From NCBI GenBank assembly GCA_028714455.1, contig JAQTMG010000006.1:1-56443 (forward strand): a DNA stretch of 56,443 bases, in the 5' to 3' direction. Below the pieces are notes generated by a model, which worked only from the letters and a program-made list of their open reading frames with translations, was not told the origin of the DNA and did no database searches. The position numbers and the translations under genes were made by a program. The DNA is from Patescibacteria group bacterium. GTDB lineage: Bacteria; Patescibacteriota; Patescibacteriia; CAIXNZ01. How positions within the stretch are numbered: the stretch's first letter is position 1; every line of letters begins with the position of its first letter. Positions 1 to 10,003 of this stretch are shown in pieces.

Positions 1-434
1 TCAATGAAAGAAGCGCTGGTGGCGAAAATAAAAGTTTGTTTATTTATGTCTTGATAAGTAGCAATCCCCTGCGCCATTGAGGCCGAATAAGCATTTTTAA
101 TATTGTTTAATTTCATGATGGCCAGCCGGTCAGAATCCTTCAGTGTGGTCACTGTTATGCCCAGAGCCAAGCCAGCGGCATTCTCACTGGAGGTGTGAGC
201 GGTATTCGGCACCTTTATTTCAACCTGGATAAAATCAGTGCCAAAACTGGTCAGTTGCCCAACCAAAAATCCTTTTATCCCCTGCCCCACTGACAAAACA
301 ATAATCACGGCCGCGATGCCAATGACTACGCCCAAAATAGACAAAAGAGTTCTGACTTTATTTTTAAACAAAGAAGCCAGAGCCACCTGGGAGGGCGTTC
401 GATATTTTTCGATGGTTTGTTGGATACTAAACAT
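1..434 (-). CDS. ABC transporter permease, MacB/FtsX family, N-terminal part (gene runs off window start)
   Basis: Own translation from ATG 434..432: MFSIQQTIEKYRTPSQVALASLFKNKVRTLLSILGVVIGIAAVIIVLSVGQG... Same N-terminal TM helix plus extracytoplasmic domain layout as paralog 636..1877. Absent from ORF track because no in-window stop. Confidence 0.8.
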   Translation of the reverse strand, partial: MFSIQQTIEKYRTPSQVALASLFKNKVRTLLSILGVVIGIAAVIIVLSVGQGIKGFLVGQLTSFGTDFIQVEIKVPNTAHTSSENAAGLALGITVTTLKDSDRLAIMKLNNIKNAYSASMAQGIATYQDINKQTFIFATSASFI

Positions 435-442
435 AGAATGAC

Positions 443-620
443 AGGAGCTAAACGAACTACATGTTAATAGGAATTATAACTAATATGAGCTATAGGAGCT
501 ACAGGAGCTACGGGATAATAGGTGTGAAGAGATAATGGGCCGAAAGGTTTTACCTTTTTACCTATCAACCCTTAGCTCATATAGCTCCTCTAATCATTTA
601 GTTCATATAGCTCTTATAAT
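443..620. repeat. GAGCTA/TAGCTC word element, copy E1 (inverted and diverged relative to E2-E4)
   Basis: Left arm has GAGCTA x4 plus GAACTA. Right arm has TAGCTC/TAGTTC words at start spacings 9, 17, 9. Central AAAGGT..ACCTTT hairpin. Related to 34648..34796, 35445..35601, 38826..38942. Confidence 0.6.
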
Positions 621-635
621 AATAGTATTTCGTAC

Positions 636-1877
636 TTATTCGTAGCGCAAAGCTTCGATTGGGTTAAGTTTTGAGGCGCGTGAAGCAGGGTAAAGTCCGA
701 AAACCAGACCGACCACAATAGAAATAGAAGTCGCCAAAATTATGGCAAAGGGCGAGATGACCAGATCCCAGTTATAACTCAAGGCCCGAGCCACAAAAGC
801 GATTAGTGTGGAAAAAACCACGCCAATAACAATACCGATTATGCCGCCGACCAGCGTAATAATCACTGACTCGATCAAAAACTGGGACATAATGTTGCCG
901 TTTTTGGCGCCGACTGCTTTGCGCAAACCGATTTCTCTGGTTCTCTCATTAACCGCGACCAGCATGATATTCATAATGCCCACGCCGCCGACAATCAAAG
1001 AAATCGCCGCAATGGCCGCCAAAAAAAATTTCAGGGCGTTGGTCACGGCCAGCAAAATATCAAGTGAATCTTTTTGCGATCTGACCGTAAAATCATCATC
1101 GATCGGGTTAGTGATGCGATGATCTTCTCTTAGGGTCAACTGGGTATCTAAAATCGTCTCGTCAATATTTGCCTCGTCATCCACTTTAACGCGTATCTGC
1201 GAATAATAATTGGTGCCCAGTAAAATTTTCTGGGCTGTTTTAGCCGGAATATATACCAGACTGTCCACGTTCTGAAAACCCTTGACGCCTTCCTTGGGGT
1301 TAACGCCGATAACCGTGAAGGCTGATTTTTTTATTTTAATAACCTGACCAACTGCTTCCTGATCGGCAAACAGATCCTGTTTAGTCTGGTAGCCCAAAAC
1401 AACGACGCGAGCCAGAGACGCGTTTTCATCTTCGGTAAAAAATCTGCCCTCGGCCACTTGAGAATCCTCAACTTCGGGAAAATAACTGTTGACGCCGACA
1501 AATGTCCCGTCGATTTGCTGGTCGCGCCAGGTGATCGTGCCCACGCCGCGATTATAGCCGGTTACGGCAATGCCGTGCGGCACATTATTTTTGTTCAAAA
1601 GCGCGGTAATGTCAGCGTCTTTTAAACTGGTGGTAATCAAACCCAAAACCGAAGATGGCGGACCTTTGTCCTCGCTTTTCCCCGGGAAAACGGTGATAAA
1701 ATTCGTGCCGATGCTTTTTATTTGATTGACAATTAAACTCTGGGCGCCGGCCCCAGCCGACATAATAATAATCACCGAAGCAATACCAATAATAATCCCG
1801 AGCATTGTTAAAAACGTTCGGGATCTTTTAGCGCGCAGCGCGCGAAACGATATGTCGATGAGAATTGATGGACGCAT
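636..1877 (-). CDS. ABC transporter permease, MacB/FtsX family
   Basis: 413 aa. N-terminal TM ([21 protein letters not shown]), large extracytoplasmic domain, C-terminal FtsX-type 3-TM bundle. Follows an ABC ATPase. Confidence 0.9.
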   Translation of the reverse strand: MRPSILIDISFRALRAKRSRTFLTMLGIIIGIASVIIIMSAGAGAQSLIVNQIKSIGTNFITVFPGKSEDKGPPSSVLGLITTSLKDADITALLNKNNVPHGIAVTGYNRGVGTITWRDQQIDGTFVGVNSYFPEVEDSQVAEGRFFTEDENASLARVVVLGYQTKQDLFADQEAVGQVIKIKKSAFTVIGVNPKEGVKGFQNVDSLVYIPAKTAQKILLGTNYYSQIRVKVDDEANIDETILDTQLTLREDHRITNPIDDDFTVRSQKDSLDILLAVTNALKFFLAAIAAISLIVGGVGIMNIMLVAVNERTREIGLRKAVGAKNGNIMSQFLIESVIITLVGGIIGIVIGVVFSTLIAFVARALSYNWDLVISPFAIILATSISIVVGLVFGLYPASRASKLNPIEALRYE

Positions 1878-1881
1878 TTTT

Positions 1882-2631
1882 TTATTTTCTCAAACCGTCT
1901 TCTTGTCTGGCGAAGTGCCGCTCTTTGACCTGCTCGTCCGAAACGATCTGTCCGTCTCTTATTTTAATAATTCTCTGCGCGTGTTCAGCCGTCTCCTGTT
2001 CGTGGGTGACTAAGATGATCGTCTTGCCCGCCGCGTTCAAATCTTGCAGGATCTCCATGATCTGTTTGCCCGATTTGCTGTCGAGGTTGCCAGTGGGCTC
2101 GTCGGCAAAAATAATCGACGGGTCATTAACCAGAGCGCGCGCGATGGCCACTCTTTGCTTCTCTCCGCCCGAGAGCTGGTTTGATAAATTATTTATTCTG
2201 TGAAAAAGGCCGACTCGCTTGATGGCCATTTCAACTTTATCTTTGTCTAACTTTTTATTGGCATAGACCAGGGGCAGTTTCACATTGTCATAAACATTAG
2301 TCCTCTGCAAGAGGTTGAAAGCCTGAAAAACAAAACCGACTTCAGTATTTCTGATGCCGGCCAGTTTGTCATCGTCAAAATTGCTCACATCCTGATCCTT
2401 GTAAAAATACTGACCAGAACTTGGTTTGTCTAAAAAGCCCATGATGTGCATGAGCGTTGATTTGCCCGAGCCCGAAGGACCCATAATGGAAACGAATTCA
2501 CCGGGTTTTATATCTAGGTTAATGTCATTTAGCGCAACAGTGCCTGATTCACCGCTCTCGTATTGCTTGCCGACATTGACCAGCTTGATTAATAGGTCAG
2601 CCATAATTTTATTTTTGATAGACAATGACAT
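1882..2631 (-). CDS. ABC transporter ATP-binding protein (MacB/LolD-like)
   Basis: Walker [10 protein letters not shown], signature [15 protein letters not shown], Walker [18 protein letters not shown] 5 nt upstream of ATG 2631; alternative start at 2604. Confidence 0.95.
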   Translation of the reverse strand: MSLSIKNKIMADLLIKLVNVGKQYESGESGTVALNDINLDIKPGEFVSIMGPSGSGKSTLMHIMGFLDKPSSGQYFYKDQDVSNFDDDKLAGIRNTEVGFVFQAFNLLQRTNVYDNVKLPLVYANKKLDKDKVEMAIKRVGLFHRINNLSNQLSGGEKQRVAIARALVNDPSIIFADEPTGNLDSKSGKQIMEILQDLNAAGKTIILVTHEQETAEHAQRIIKIRDGQIVSDEQVKERHFARQEDGLRK

Positions 2632-4441
2632 CCTGGCCCTCGCTCACGCCGCTCTTTATTTCGGTTCCCGTATCGCCCTTGAGTCCGGTCTCCACGTTGA
2701 TTTGTTTGACCGTGTTGTTGAAACCCAAAATCTCGACGTATTTTTGCCCGCTGTCTGTCTGCTTAATGGATCGCGATGAGAGATACAAAACATTGGGCGC
2801 GCTCGCCGTCATAATATCCACGTTGGCAGTCATGCCTGATTTAATTTCGTTTTGAGACGGATCGAGTTTAACCTTAACTTTATAATAGATGACGTCAGAG
2901 ATCACTGTCTCGGCCACGTCAATGGCTGAAACGGCGCCGGAAAATTTCACGTCATTGCCGTAAGCATCTAGGGTTATATTGGCCGCGTCGCCAATCTTTA
3001 CTTTAATAATGTCTGATTCTGGCACATCAACGTCGATCTCAAAGTTGCCGTTGCCCAGCATGGAAATAGCCGACTTAACCACACTGCTGGAACTCGCGCC
3101 CGAGACCGGACTGGCCTGTTCACCCACCTTGTAGTTTATGAAAGTGACCACGCCATCGGCCGGTGCCGTGATGGTATAATCAGCCAGATGATATTTGGCC
3201 AAATCCAGGGCGGCGGCGGCCTGCGAAACCTGCGCCTGATACGAAGCGATGTCAACTTTTCTGGGCGCGGCTTTTTTCAGGGACAGCTGCGCCTTGGCCA
3301 GATTGTAAGCGCCCAGAGCAGAATCAGAAGAAGCCTTGGCGTTAGCAAGCTGCGAATCTTTGCCGGCTAAAATAGAATTTAAACTATCCTGCGCATTTTT
3401 CAAATTTGCCTGCGCCGTATCAAGAGAGCTGGAAGAAGCCAGCGAAGTATTTTTATAAGCCTGATCAGCCGCCTGCAAAGTTGAGATGGCGGCGCTGTTG
3501 GTCGCTATCTCCGAATTCACCAACGCCTTGCTTTGATCAACCAGCGTCTGCGAGAATCTGCTATCAACTATAGTACTGCTTATAGCGTTGAAAAGATTAT
3601 TCAAACTTATGCTGATATAACTTAAAATAGTTTGGATATCATTTGAGGCAAGATTTAAATCACTTTCGCTGATTGAAACGTCTGCCTTGTCGAGCAAATT
3701 TTTAAGCGGCGTTTGAACGTCACGCGCCAGACCATAATAATACATGATATTACTTTCGGCCTGAATGTCGGCCACCACGCCAAGATTATTGTGCTGGTAA
3801 TTTATGAAATCGAGTGAGGAATTGGCGGCAATCGCCGTATTTCGGATCGTGGTAATTAATGACTGGCGGACATTCACGCCTGTCTGCCCGGTAGTGGCAC
3901 TAGCGTTATCAAGCGCTTTTTGCGCCGCCTCAACGGCGGCTTGATAAGTTTTTACGTCTGCATCAATTTTGGCAGAGAGCGTATCATAATTTATTTTGGC
4001 ATTATCATAAGCAATTTTGGCGTTGTTAACCGTCTCCTGCGTCACGTTCACGTCTTCCGGACTTGCTCCAGCCAAAAATTTCTGTAAATTGGCGCTGGCA
4101 ATATCTAAATTGGCCTGGGCTTGCTTGACTTGTAATTGCAAATCCTGCGCGTCTAGGGTAGCCAAAACCTGCCCGGCTTTCACCTGGTCACCTTCACTTA
4201 CTAAAATCTCTTTGATCGTACCCTGGGCTTGAAAATTTAAATCAAGCGCCTGTGGCGCGATGACCGTGCCTGTTTCCGAAACGGTTTGAACCAAATCCCC
4301 CCGCTTGACCTTTTCCGTTATAAATTGGGCCCGCTGGGTGTTATTGGCATTTACCATGAAATAAACAACGCCGCCGACTATCAAAATCAGCAGCACCCAA
4401 AATAGCTTTCTTTTCAATAATTTTTTGAAAAATTCTTTCAT
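2609..4441 (-). CDS. HlyD/MacA-family periplasmic adaptor with very long coiled-coil
   Basis: 610 aa. N-terminal TM, lipoyl-like motif (GDQVKAGQVLATLD), about 350 aa of Ala/Gln/Leu-rich helical repeats, C-terminal beta-barrel (VVTFINYKVGE...). Sits upstream of the ABC ATPase and permeases. Confidence 0.8.
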   Translation of the reverse strand: MKEFFKKLLKRKLFWVLLILIVGGVVYFMVNANNTQRAQFITEKVKRGDLVQTVSETGTVIAPQALDLNFQAQGTIKEILVSEGDQVKAGQVLATLDAQDLQLQVKQAQANLDIASANLQKFLAGASPEDVNVTQETVNNAKIAYDNAKINYDTLSAKIDADVKTYQAAVEAAQKALDNASATTGQTGVNVRQSLITTIRNTAIAANSSLDFINYQHNNLGVVADIQAESNIMYYYGLARDVQTPLKNLLDKADVSISESDLNLASNDIQTILSYISISLNNLFNAISSTIVDSRFSQTLVDQSKALVNSEIATNSAAISTLQAADQAYKNTSLASSSSLDTAQANLKNAQDSLNSILAGKDSQLANAKASSDSALGAYNLAKAQLSLKKAAPRKVDIASYQAQVSQAAAALDLAKYHLADYTITAPADGVVTFINYKVGEQASPVSGASSSSVVKSAISMLGNGNFEIDVDVPESDIIKVKIGDAANITLDAYGNDVKFSGAVSAIDVAETVISDVIYYKVKVKLDPSQNEIKSGMTANVDIMTASAPNVLYLSSRSIKQTDSGQKYVEILGFNNTVKQINVETGLKGDTGTEIKSGVSEGQDVIVYQK

Positions 4442-4446
4442 GATGT

Positions 4447-4677
4447 TTATTTTAAAGCCTTAAATACTTGAAGATGCTTAATTATATTATTAAGTATTTT
4501 ATCAAACTTTTCGGGTTTAATCATGGCAATCATCGAACCCTCTCTTGAAAAAACTAAAAACTTATCTCCTTTTTTAAGATCGAGCTTTTTTCTTATTTCG
4601 CTGGGAATGACGATCTGGCCCCGTTCGCCAACAGTCGTAACTCCATAACTTTTTAGTTCAAATGGTATCTTGGACAT
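4447..4677 (-). CDS. AbrB/MazE/SpoVT-family DNA-binding protein
   Basis: 76 aa. Swapped-hairpin motif VGERGQIVIPSEIRKKLDLKKGDKFLVF. First gene of the efflux operon, 6 nt before the adaptor gene. Confidence 0.75.
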   Translation of the reverse strand: MSKIPFELKSYGVTTVGERGQIVIPSEIRKKLDLKKGDKFLVFSREGSMIAMIKPEKFDKILNNIIKHLQVFKALK

Positions 4678-4706
4678 AAATATGAAAAATATGATTTATC
4701 ATATTT

Positions 4707-4735
4707 ATTATAATTCCTTGAATTATATTTGTCAA
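4707..4735 (-). promoter_or_regulatory. Consensus sigma70-type promoter (TTGACA-17-TATAAT) for the abrB-like/efflux operon
   Basis: Minus strand TTGACA (4735..4730), exactly 17 nt, TATAAT (4712..4707). About 30 nt upstream of ATG 4677. Confidence 0.65.
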
Positions 4736-4740
4736 ATATT

Positions 4741-5610
4741 TTACCGCACATTTACTTTCAGAGTAAACAAAATCGACGGGATGGCGCAGGCCGGCTTGCT
4801 CTGTCTGCAAAGAGGATCGCCAACCGCCGTCAGCGTGGCGCTGCCCGCCTTATGCGCTTTATAAACCCCCTGGGCTCCGCGGATAACCAAAATATTTACT
4901 TCCCTGCTCACGACCGACTGATCGGAAACGGAAATCGCCCAGTTGTAAACCTGATCGCCCAGATCCAACAAAAAATTGTCGCCGACTTTCATGTTAATCG
5001 TCTTGTTATTGTCGGCCAAGGTTATGTTACTTGAGCCAACGGTCTGGGCTAAAAATTGTATATCTCTGACCAAAACAACGCTGCCATTTTTAATTCCGCT
5101 GACAGTGGCCCGGTCTCCCTGATTAAAAGTTCCTGGCAAACATGGATTTGTCTGGCCGTTAATCTCACACATGCTCTTTTCATCAAAAGATAATTCAACG
5201 TTTAACGCGGGAGAGCCGACTTGCTCGTAAACCAGATACCAAATGTCCGTTTTGAATCCCGGGCTATTTTTGGCGATGTTTCCAGTCTGCGTAAAATTTA
5301 TTGTTTCAGCGGGAACGGAACTGGTCATGCATTTACTGCCATTGAAACATTGATTCGTACCACAGCCGCAAGTTTTTACCTGATGAGAACCAGTCGGTGA
5401 ACAGCCGCAGGCGCCGATCAGACAATTATTGGGAAAATCGCCGACGCTGGCACAGCACGAAGAGGTCGTAACCTGGCCACCCGAGTTCAAACAGCCCTGC
5501 TCGCTGCCAGTCGGCAGGTTCTGATTGTTTAAATTCGGAGTCGGTAGAACATTACAGCTCGACAAAAAAACAATGGAAATAATTAATAACACAATTTTGG
5601 TTCTGTCCAT
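4741..5610 (-). CDS. Secreted lipoprotein: Cys-rich region plus C-terminal chagasin/I42-like beta domain (tentative)
   Basis: Start chosen at MDRTKIVLLIISIVFLSSC (lipobox). About 16 Cys in 70 aa. C-terminal VGDNFLLDLGDQVYNWAISVSDQSVV resembles the peptidase-inhibitor I42 pattern. Confidence 0.6.
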   Translation of the reverse strand: MDRTKIVLLIISIVFLSSCNVLPTPNLNNQNLPTGSEQGCLNSGGQVTTSSCCASVGDFPNNCLIGACGCSPTGSHQVKTCGCGTNQCFNGSKCMTSSVPAETINFTQTGNIAKNSPGFKTDIWYLVYEQVGSPALNVELSFDEKSMCEINGQTNPCLPGTFNQGDRATVSGIKNGSVVLVRDIQFLAQTVGSSNITLADNNKTINMKVGDNFLLDLGDQVYNWAISVSDQSVVSREVNILVIRGAQGVYKAHKAGSATLTAVGDPLCRQSKPACAIPSILFTLKVNVR

Positions 5611-5641
5611 AAATTTAAATTTTATTATTATAAATGTAAAT

Positions 5642-6148
5642 TTAATACAGATTGATTCGATCAAATAAGCCATTGATAATTATCTTCAAAATACTCTGGA
5701 AAAAATCAGGGTTGATGATATAAACCGCGGTTAAAGATCCGATACAAATAACTACCGAGAGCCACTTAGTATAAATGCCGGCGGTGCGAAAAAACAGAAC
5801 CACGGCTAAAATGGCGGATAAAATCGGACCAAAAATTTTGATATCACCCAGGGGCAAATAATAACCGCCCACGTATTTACTTTCTTCGCCAAAAAAAGTG
5901 GCTAAATCAAAATTAACCTTGAAAATTATTAAAATAGCTTCCAAAACTAAAATGATCAGCAAGGCAATCGCGGAATATTGAGTAGTAGCGCCTTCTTCGG
6001 TGCGATAAATTTCGTAAATAACGGCGGGTAATAATCCGACTATAATCCACAAGGAATTATGGGAATAAAAAGAGATAATCGCCATAATCACGGTGAGGAC
6101 GGTTAGAAGCGTGCAATATAACGCGGCGTTTTTAGTAGGCTTGGCCAT
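5642..6148 (-). CDS. Hypothetical integral membrane protein (about 5 TM)
   Basis: 168 aa, hydrophobic throughout, no recognisable motif. Confidence 0.6.
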   Translation of the reverse strand: MAKPTKNAALYCTLLTVLTVIMAIISFYSHNSLWIIVGLLPAVIYEIYRTEEGATTQYSAIALLIILVLEAILIIFKVNFDLATFFGEESKYVGGYYLPLGDIKIFGPILSAILAVVLFFRTAGIYTKWLSVVICIGSLTAVYIINPDFFQSILKIIINGLFDRINLY

Positions 6149-6243
6149 AATTTTATTTTTTAATTAACTCCGCTTCCCGCTTTATTACGCGAGCCTGGCG
6201 GTTAAAATTTTAATTTTGTTTATATATTCTTCTTATAAATAAA

Positions 6244-8391
6244 CTAAAATAACACTTCCAGTTTCCCGACCATGGAATTTTGAATGGAAAAAGTCAGGTG
6301 CAGAGTCAGACCTATCCTGGAAACCCACAGATTTCCGCCCTCGGACTCGTCGATTTTATAACCCAGTCCTTCATAATATCTTTGTACCGCTTCCACGTCC
6401 GCCCGGGTGGTCTGTCTCGGAAAATAGTAAGTAAGCCACAAACCGCTTGTGTTATCGGTCATCTTCACCTGATTATTAAATAACTGATTGAGTATCGGTA
6501 AAAGCTCTTGATTAATCTGCTGGCTTTTTTCAGTCTCTATCTTGCCCGAAGTGGCATTTTCAAAATTTATCTGCGGCCAAGTTTTAGCGGTGGGCGGAAT
6601 ATTTGATTGGCCGCCGGTTGCAGAGGCGGGATTGGCTGGCGTCAAAAACGAACAGGTTGGCGTTACGGCAATCTTTTTATACAAGCAGATATTTCTCGCT
6701 GTATCACTGATGGCCCAGACTTTTTCTGCCACTTTTTTATTGACGCTTAAAGTCGCGTCACTACTCACGCCAACGCTCATGTTTTGTACGACTAGATATT
6801 GGCTTCTGTCCTCAAGAGTCGCTTCACGATAATCCGTCACAAAGACGCAAGCGCTCACTCCGCCGTTTGCGTCAACTTTTATCAGAGCCGCCTCTTTATA
6901 TGGTTCCATACTTAACAACACTTTGTGCATTTTGGTGGTCAACATACTCCCGGATACAACGACCCCCTTATCAGCCGTGGGGGCGATATTGAATCCGGAC
7001 AAGTCTCTTTCCAGATCAAATTTTTTAATCCAGATCGGATTAAATTCGGAGTCGACTTTAATTAGCTCAATGTTGGACGCCAGAGCTTTGGCTAAAACGG
7101 CCAGATCTTTCGAGTCTACTTTGGTGCTGTCGCGAACTATATCTTGCATAATGACAAAGTTATTGTCCGCCGTCTTAACCACCTGGAAATCATTGCCCGT
7201 GGTGCTCGAGGTCAAATTGATCGTTAATTTTTTGGCCCACTGATAATTGCCTGCCGCGTCAATCTTCACGGCTATGAACGGACGCGGGGTAAAACTTGTA
7301 ATCTGGCTACCGACTCCGCTGTTCAAACCCCGAGTCAAAAGCAGATTGTCAAAACCAATTGCCAAAAAACCGCCGTCGGCGGTTGGCTGAACCGCTCTGA
7401 AATCACCGCCCATAATGCGAATGACAGTTTTGCCAATAGTCAAACCGTTTTCATAGCTGGTCGGGGCGTTTATCTCCGAAGGAATCATTTCCAGGGTTTT
7501 AGCCCACTCCGTATTTAAACCACTATTTAATTTAATAACCGTCGGCAGATCGCCCATAGACACTTCTGGTCCCACCACATTTTCCGCGTGTTGAGTCTCT
7601 GGTAAAGCAATTTTGGCCAAGGCGATAAAGCCGCCATCAGACAGACGCTCCATGTCGACCGCCTCCCAATTCATTTTTTTAAGTGATGTTACCTTTCCAT
7701 TTTTATCAATAGTAATCAGGGCGCTGTACTTTGGCACGGCATCTATGTCAGCCACATCAAAACCATAGCCTGTCTGTGCCAGTCGCGCCAAAAGTATTAC
7801 GCTGTTGTCTGACAGAGCCCACATTTTTTGTGGACGATCCACACTATAATTGCCGAGCATTACTGACCAGGTTTGAGTGCCCTTGGCGTTAATTTTGGTT
7901 ACCAAAATATCGCCTGACACTTCCAAAACTTTTTCATATTTGGCATCAATGAAATCTACGATGTCGCTAGCCGTGACAATACCACCATCAGCCGTCTCTA
8001 CGGTTATGTGCGGCTCGTGACTAGTTGATGAATCGCGAGGCGGCAAACTCTTACTGCTAAACTGTCGGCTCCATAAAAGATTACCCTTTGAATCGGTTTT
8101 AATTAGAAAGGGGTTGGGAATCGCCATACCCGAACTGGCAATGGTATCGCCAGCCAATAAATATCCGCCATCTTTAGTGGGTAAAATATCAAAACCATCT
8201 GTGTTGTCGCGCAGATGATATGTCCTAACCAGCGTGGCCGAACTCACCGAACTAGTGGAACAAGTGCTGGCGATTTGAAATTGTTCTTTTGACAATACGC
8301 TCACGGCAATCCCTACCATGCCCAAAAATACCAAAAAAATCATGAAAGATTGCTTGGATAGAAAAATATTGGTTTTATGAGTTTTACGCAT
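6244..8391 (-). CDS. Secreted repeat protein, beta-propeller-like (DGG[YF]-type repeats)
   Basis: N-terminal TM/signal. Recurrent T/A-DGG-[YFI]-hydrophobic-AG blades (TKDGGYLLAG, TADGGIVTAS, LSDGGFIALA, TADGGFLAIG). The ORF-track start is TTG; first ATG is at 8391. Confidence 0.7.
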   Translation of the reverse strand: MRKTHKTNIFLSKQSFMIFLVFLGMVGIAVSVLSKEQFQIASTCSTSSVSSATLVRTYHLRDNTDGFDILPTKDGGYLLAGDTIASSGMAIPNPFLIKTDSKGNLLWSRQFSSKSLPPRDSSTSHEPHITVETADGGIVTASDIVDFIDAKYEKVLEVSGDILVTKINAKGTQTWSVMLGNYSVDRPQKMWALSDNSVILLARLAQTGYGFDVADIDAVPKYSALITIDKNGKVTSLKKMNWEAVDMERLSDGGFIALAKIALPETQHAENVVGPEVSMGDLPTVIKLNSGLNTEWAKTLEMIPSEINAPTSYENGLTIGKTVIRIMGGDFRAVQPTADGGFLAIGFDNLLLTRGLNSGVGSQITSFTPRPFIAVKIDAAGNYQWAKKLTINLTSSTTGNDFQVVKTADNNFVIMQDIVRDSTKVDSKDLAVLAKALASNIELIKVDSEFNPIWIKKFDLERDLSGFNIAPTADKGVVVSGSMLTTKMHKVLLSMEPYKEAALIKVDANGGVSACVFVTDYREATLEDRSQYLVVQNMSVGVSSDATLSVNKKVAEKVWAISDTARNICLYKKIAVTPTCSFLTPANPASATGGQSNIPPTAKTWPQINFENATSGKIETEKSQQINQELLPILNQLFNNQVKMTDNTSGLWLTYYFPRQTTRADVEAVQRYYEGLGYKIDESEGGNLWVSRIGLTLHLTFSIQNSMVGKLEVLF

Positions 8392-8407
8392 ATAAACCAA
8401 TTATATC

Positions 8408-8440
8408 ACAAAAAAGAGCGCAAATGAACGCTCTTTTTCT
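8408..8440 (-). terminator. Intrinsic terminator after tRNA-Glu
   Basis: Stem AGAGCG/CGCTCT (8415..8420 / 8429..8434) followed by a U-run on the minus strand. Confidence 0.5.
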
Positions 8441-8467
8441 TATAGAAAGATGAGCTTTAAAAAATTG

Positions 8468-8539
8468 TACCGCCTAGGGGAATTGAACCCCTGTTACTAG
8501 GTTGAGAACCTAGTGTCCTAGCCACTAGACGAAGGCGGC
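8468..8539 (-). tRNA. tRNA-Glu(CUC)
   Basis: 72-nt cloverleaf folded by hand: acceptor GCCGCCT/AGGCGGT, anticodon loop TTCTCAA, T-arm AGGGG-TTCAATT-CCCCT. No encoded CCA. Confidence 0.9.
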
Positions 8540-8580
8540 TTAGATACGAATTACTAATAGCTACGAATATACGAATAATT
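8540..8580 (-). repeat. ATTCGTA four-word module abutting the tRNA-Glu 5' end
   Basis: Minus strand ATTCGTAtATTCGTAgctATTAGTAATTCGTAtctaa then tRNA +1. Same architecture at 14851..14890 and 44454..44497. Confidence 0.6.
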
Positions 8581-8628
8581 AAAGATTTTAGCAATAATTT
8601 CACAAAAAATCAAGCCCAACAGCTCCTT

Positions 8629-8665
8629 TATTCTTTGTTCTATGTTCTAAATTCTATATTCTAAT
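8629..8665. repeat. ATTCT word module (opposite orientation to the copies at 12465 and 22908)
   Basis: ttattctttgttctatgttctaaattctatattctaatc aligns with the reverse complement of 22908..22960. Confidence 0.55.
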
Positions 8666-10003
8666 CTATCGTTTCTCCCATTCTCCTGTTTGTCTGACCA
8701 AAAGTTCCTTGGCTTTTTCCGGCTCGGCCATAATCTCTTTGACAATATTTTCCATTCTCATCCCCTGCGAACCCTTAACCAATATCAAATCGCCAGGCAA
8801 AATATGATTCTGCAAAGATACGCCTGCCTTTTCAGAATCCTCAAAATATTTAACTCTGTCAGCATTATTCGCGTTCATGCCCGCTTCAACGGCCGCGTCA
8901 GCCGTGGCTTTTGATTCTTTGCCAACGGCGAATAAATAATCAAAGCTTTCTTCGGCAATTTTGAAACCGATTTCACGATGAGCCTCGCTAGATTTTTCTC
9001 CAAGCTCAAGCATGTCGCCCAGGACAACGATTTTTCTTCTGCCCTCTGGCAAAATAATTGATTTCATCGCGGCCAAAGCGGCTTTAACCGCGACAGGTGA
9101 TGAATTATATGTGTCATCAATAATCAGGGTGTGTTTAAGACCGGCTATCAAATTCATTCTGCCTTTAGGCGCCCGATATTGTTTCAAACCTTCGGCGATA
9201 TCAACCAGATTAATTTTATGGGCGACGCCAACGGCAAAAGCGGCCAGAGCTGAATAGACGTTTTGTTTGCCAAAAGTGTGCGGCAAAAAGACAGGCACAA
9301 ATGAGCCGGCATAACTGACTTTAAGGCTAGTCCCCCAGGTTTTGCAATCCCATTCATACTGTGTTTCACAAAAATCTTGTTCCAGACCGGAAAAACTAAT
9401 GTCGCCGGCTTTCACGTCAGTGTTCTCGGCAAAACCAAAGGTAATTACTCTGGCTCGAAGCTTATCTTTCAGGGACATGACGTTTTCATCATCGGCATTC
9501 AAAATGGCGACTCCCTCTCTGGGTAAGTCGGTCACGATCATTTCTTTTTCTTTAAGCACGCCTTTCAGATCTTTAAAAACTTGTAAATGACTTTCAGCGA
9601 TAGCAGTCAGTACGCCAATTTTAGGCGGAGCCATCTTCACCAGATATTCAATGTCGCCAAGTTTATCAGCGCCCATTTCTAAAATCAAAATCTCGGGATA
9701 CTTTTCGTCTTTGGAAATTAAGAGCCGGCTGGCGTGGCCAAAAACTTTTAGCCAGCCCAAAAGCGATCGGCCGGCTGTTTCCACGCCAATAATCGTTAGG
9801 GGCAGACCGATTTCATTATTATAACTTTTAATATTGCGGCGGCAATTATGAGCGAGCGATAAAACTGAAAAAATCGCCTCCTTGGCCGAGGTCTTACCCA
9901 CGCTGCCGGCGATGCCGACAATCTCGGGTTGATATTTTTTTAAAATCGCGACCGTAAATTGTCGTAAAATAATTTGTAGAATTTTTCTCATGTTAAATTG
10001 CAT
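8666..10003 (-). CDS. murF: UDP-N-acetylmuramoyl-tripeptide--D-alanyl-D-alanine ligase
   Basis: 445 aa. Mur ligase P-loop GIAGSVGKTSAKE, central and C-terminal Mur ligase domains. Immediately downstream of ftsI. Confidence 0.9.
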   Translation of the reverse strand: MQFNMRKILQIILRQFTVAILKKYQPEIVGIAGSVGKTSAKEAIFSVLSLAHNCRRNIKSYNNEIGLPLTIIGVETAGRSLLGWLKVFGHASRLLISKDEKYPEILILEMGADKLGDIEYLVKMAPPKIGVLTAIAESHLQVFKDLKGVLKEKEMIVTDLPREGVAILNADDENVMSLKDKLRARVITFGFAENTDVKAGDISFSGLEQDFCETQYEWDCKTWGTSLKVSYAGSFVPVFLPHTFGKQNVYSALAAFAVGVAHKINLVDIAEGLKQYRAPKGRMNLIAGLKHTLIIDDTYNSSPVAVKAALAAMKSIILPEGRRKIVVLGDMLELGEKSSEAHREIGFKIAEESFDYLFAVGKESKATADAAVEAGMNANNADRVKYFEDSEKAGVSLQNHILPGDLILVKGSQGMRMENIVKEIMAEPEKAKELLVRQTGEWEKR

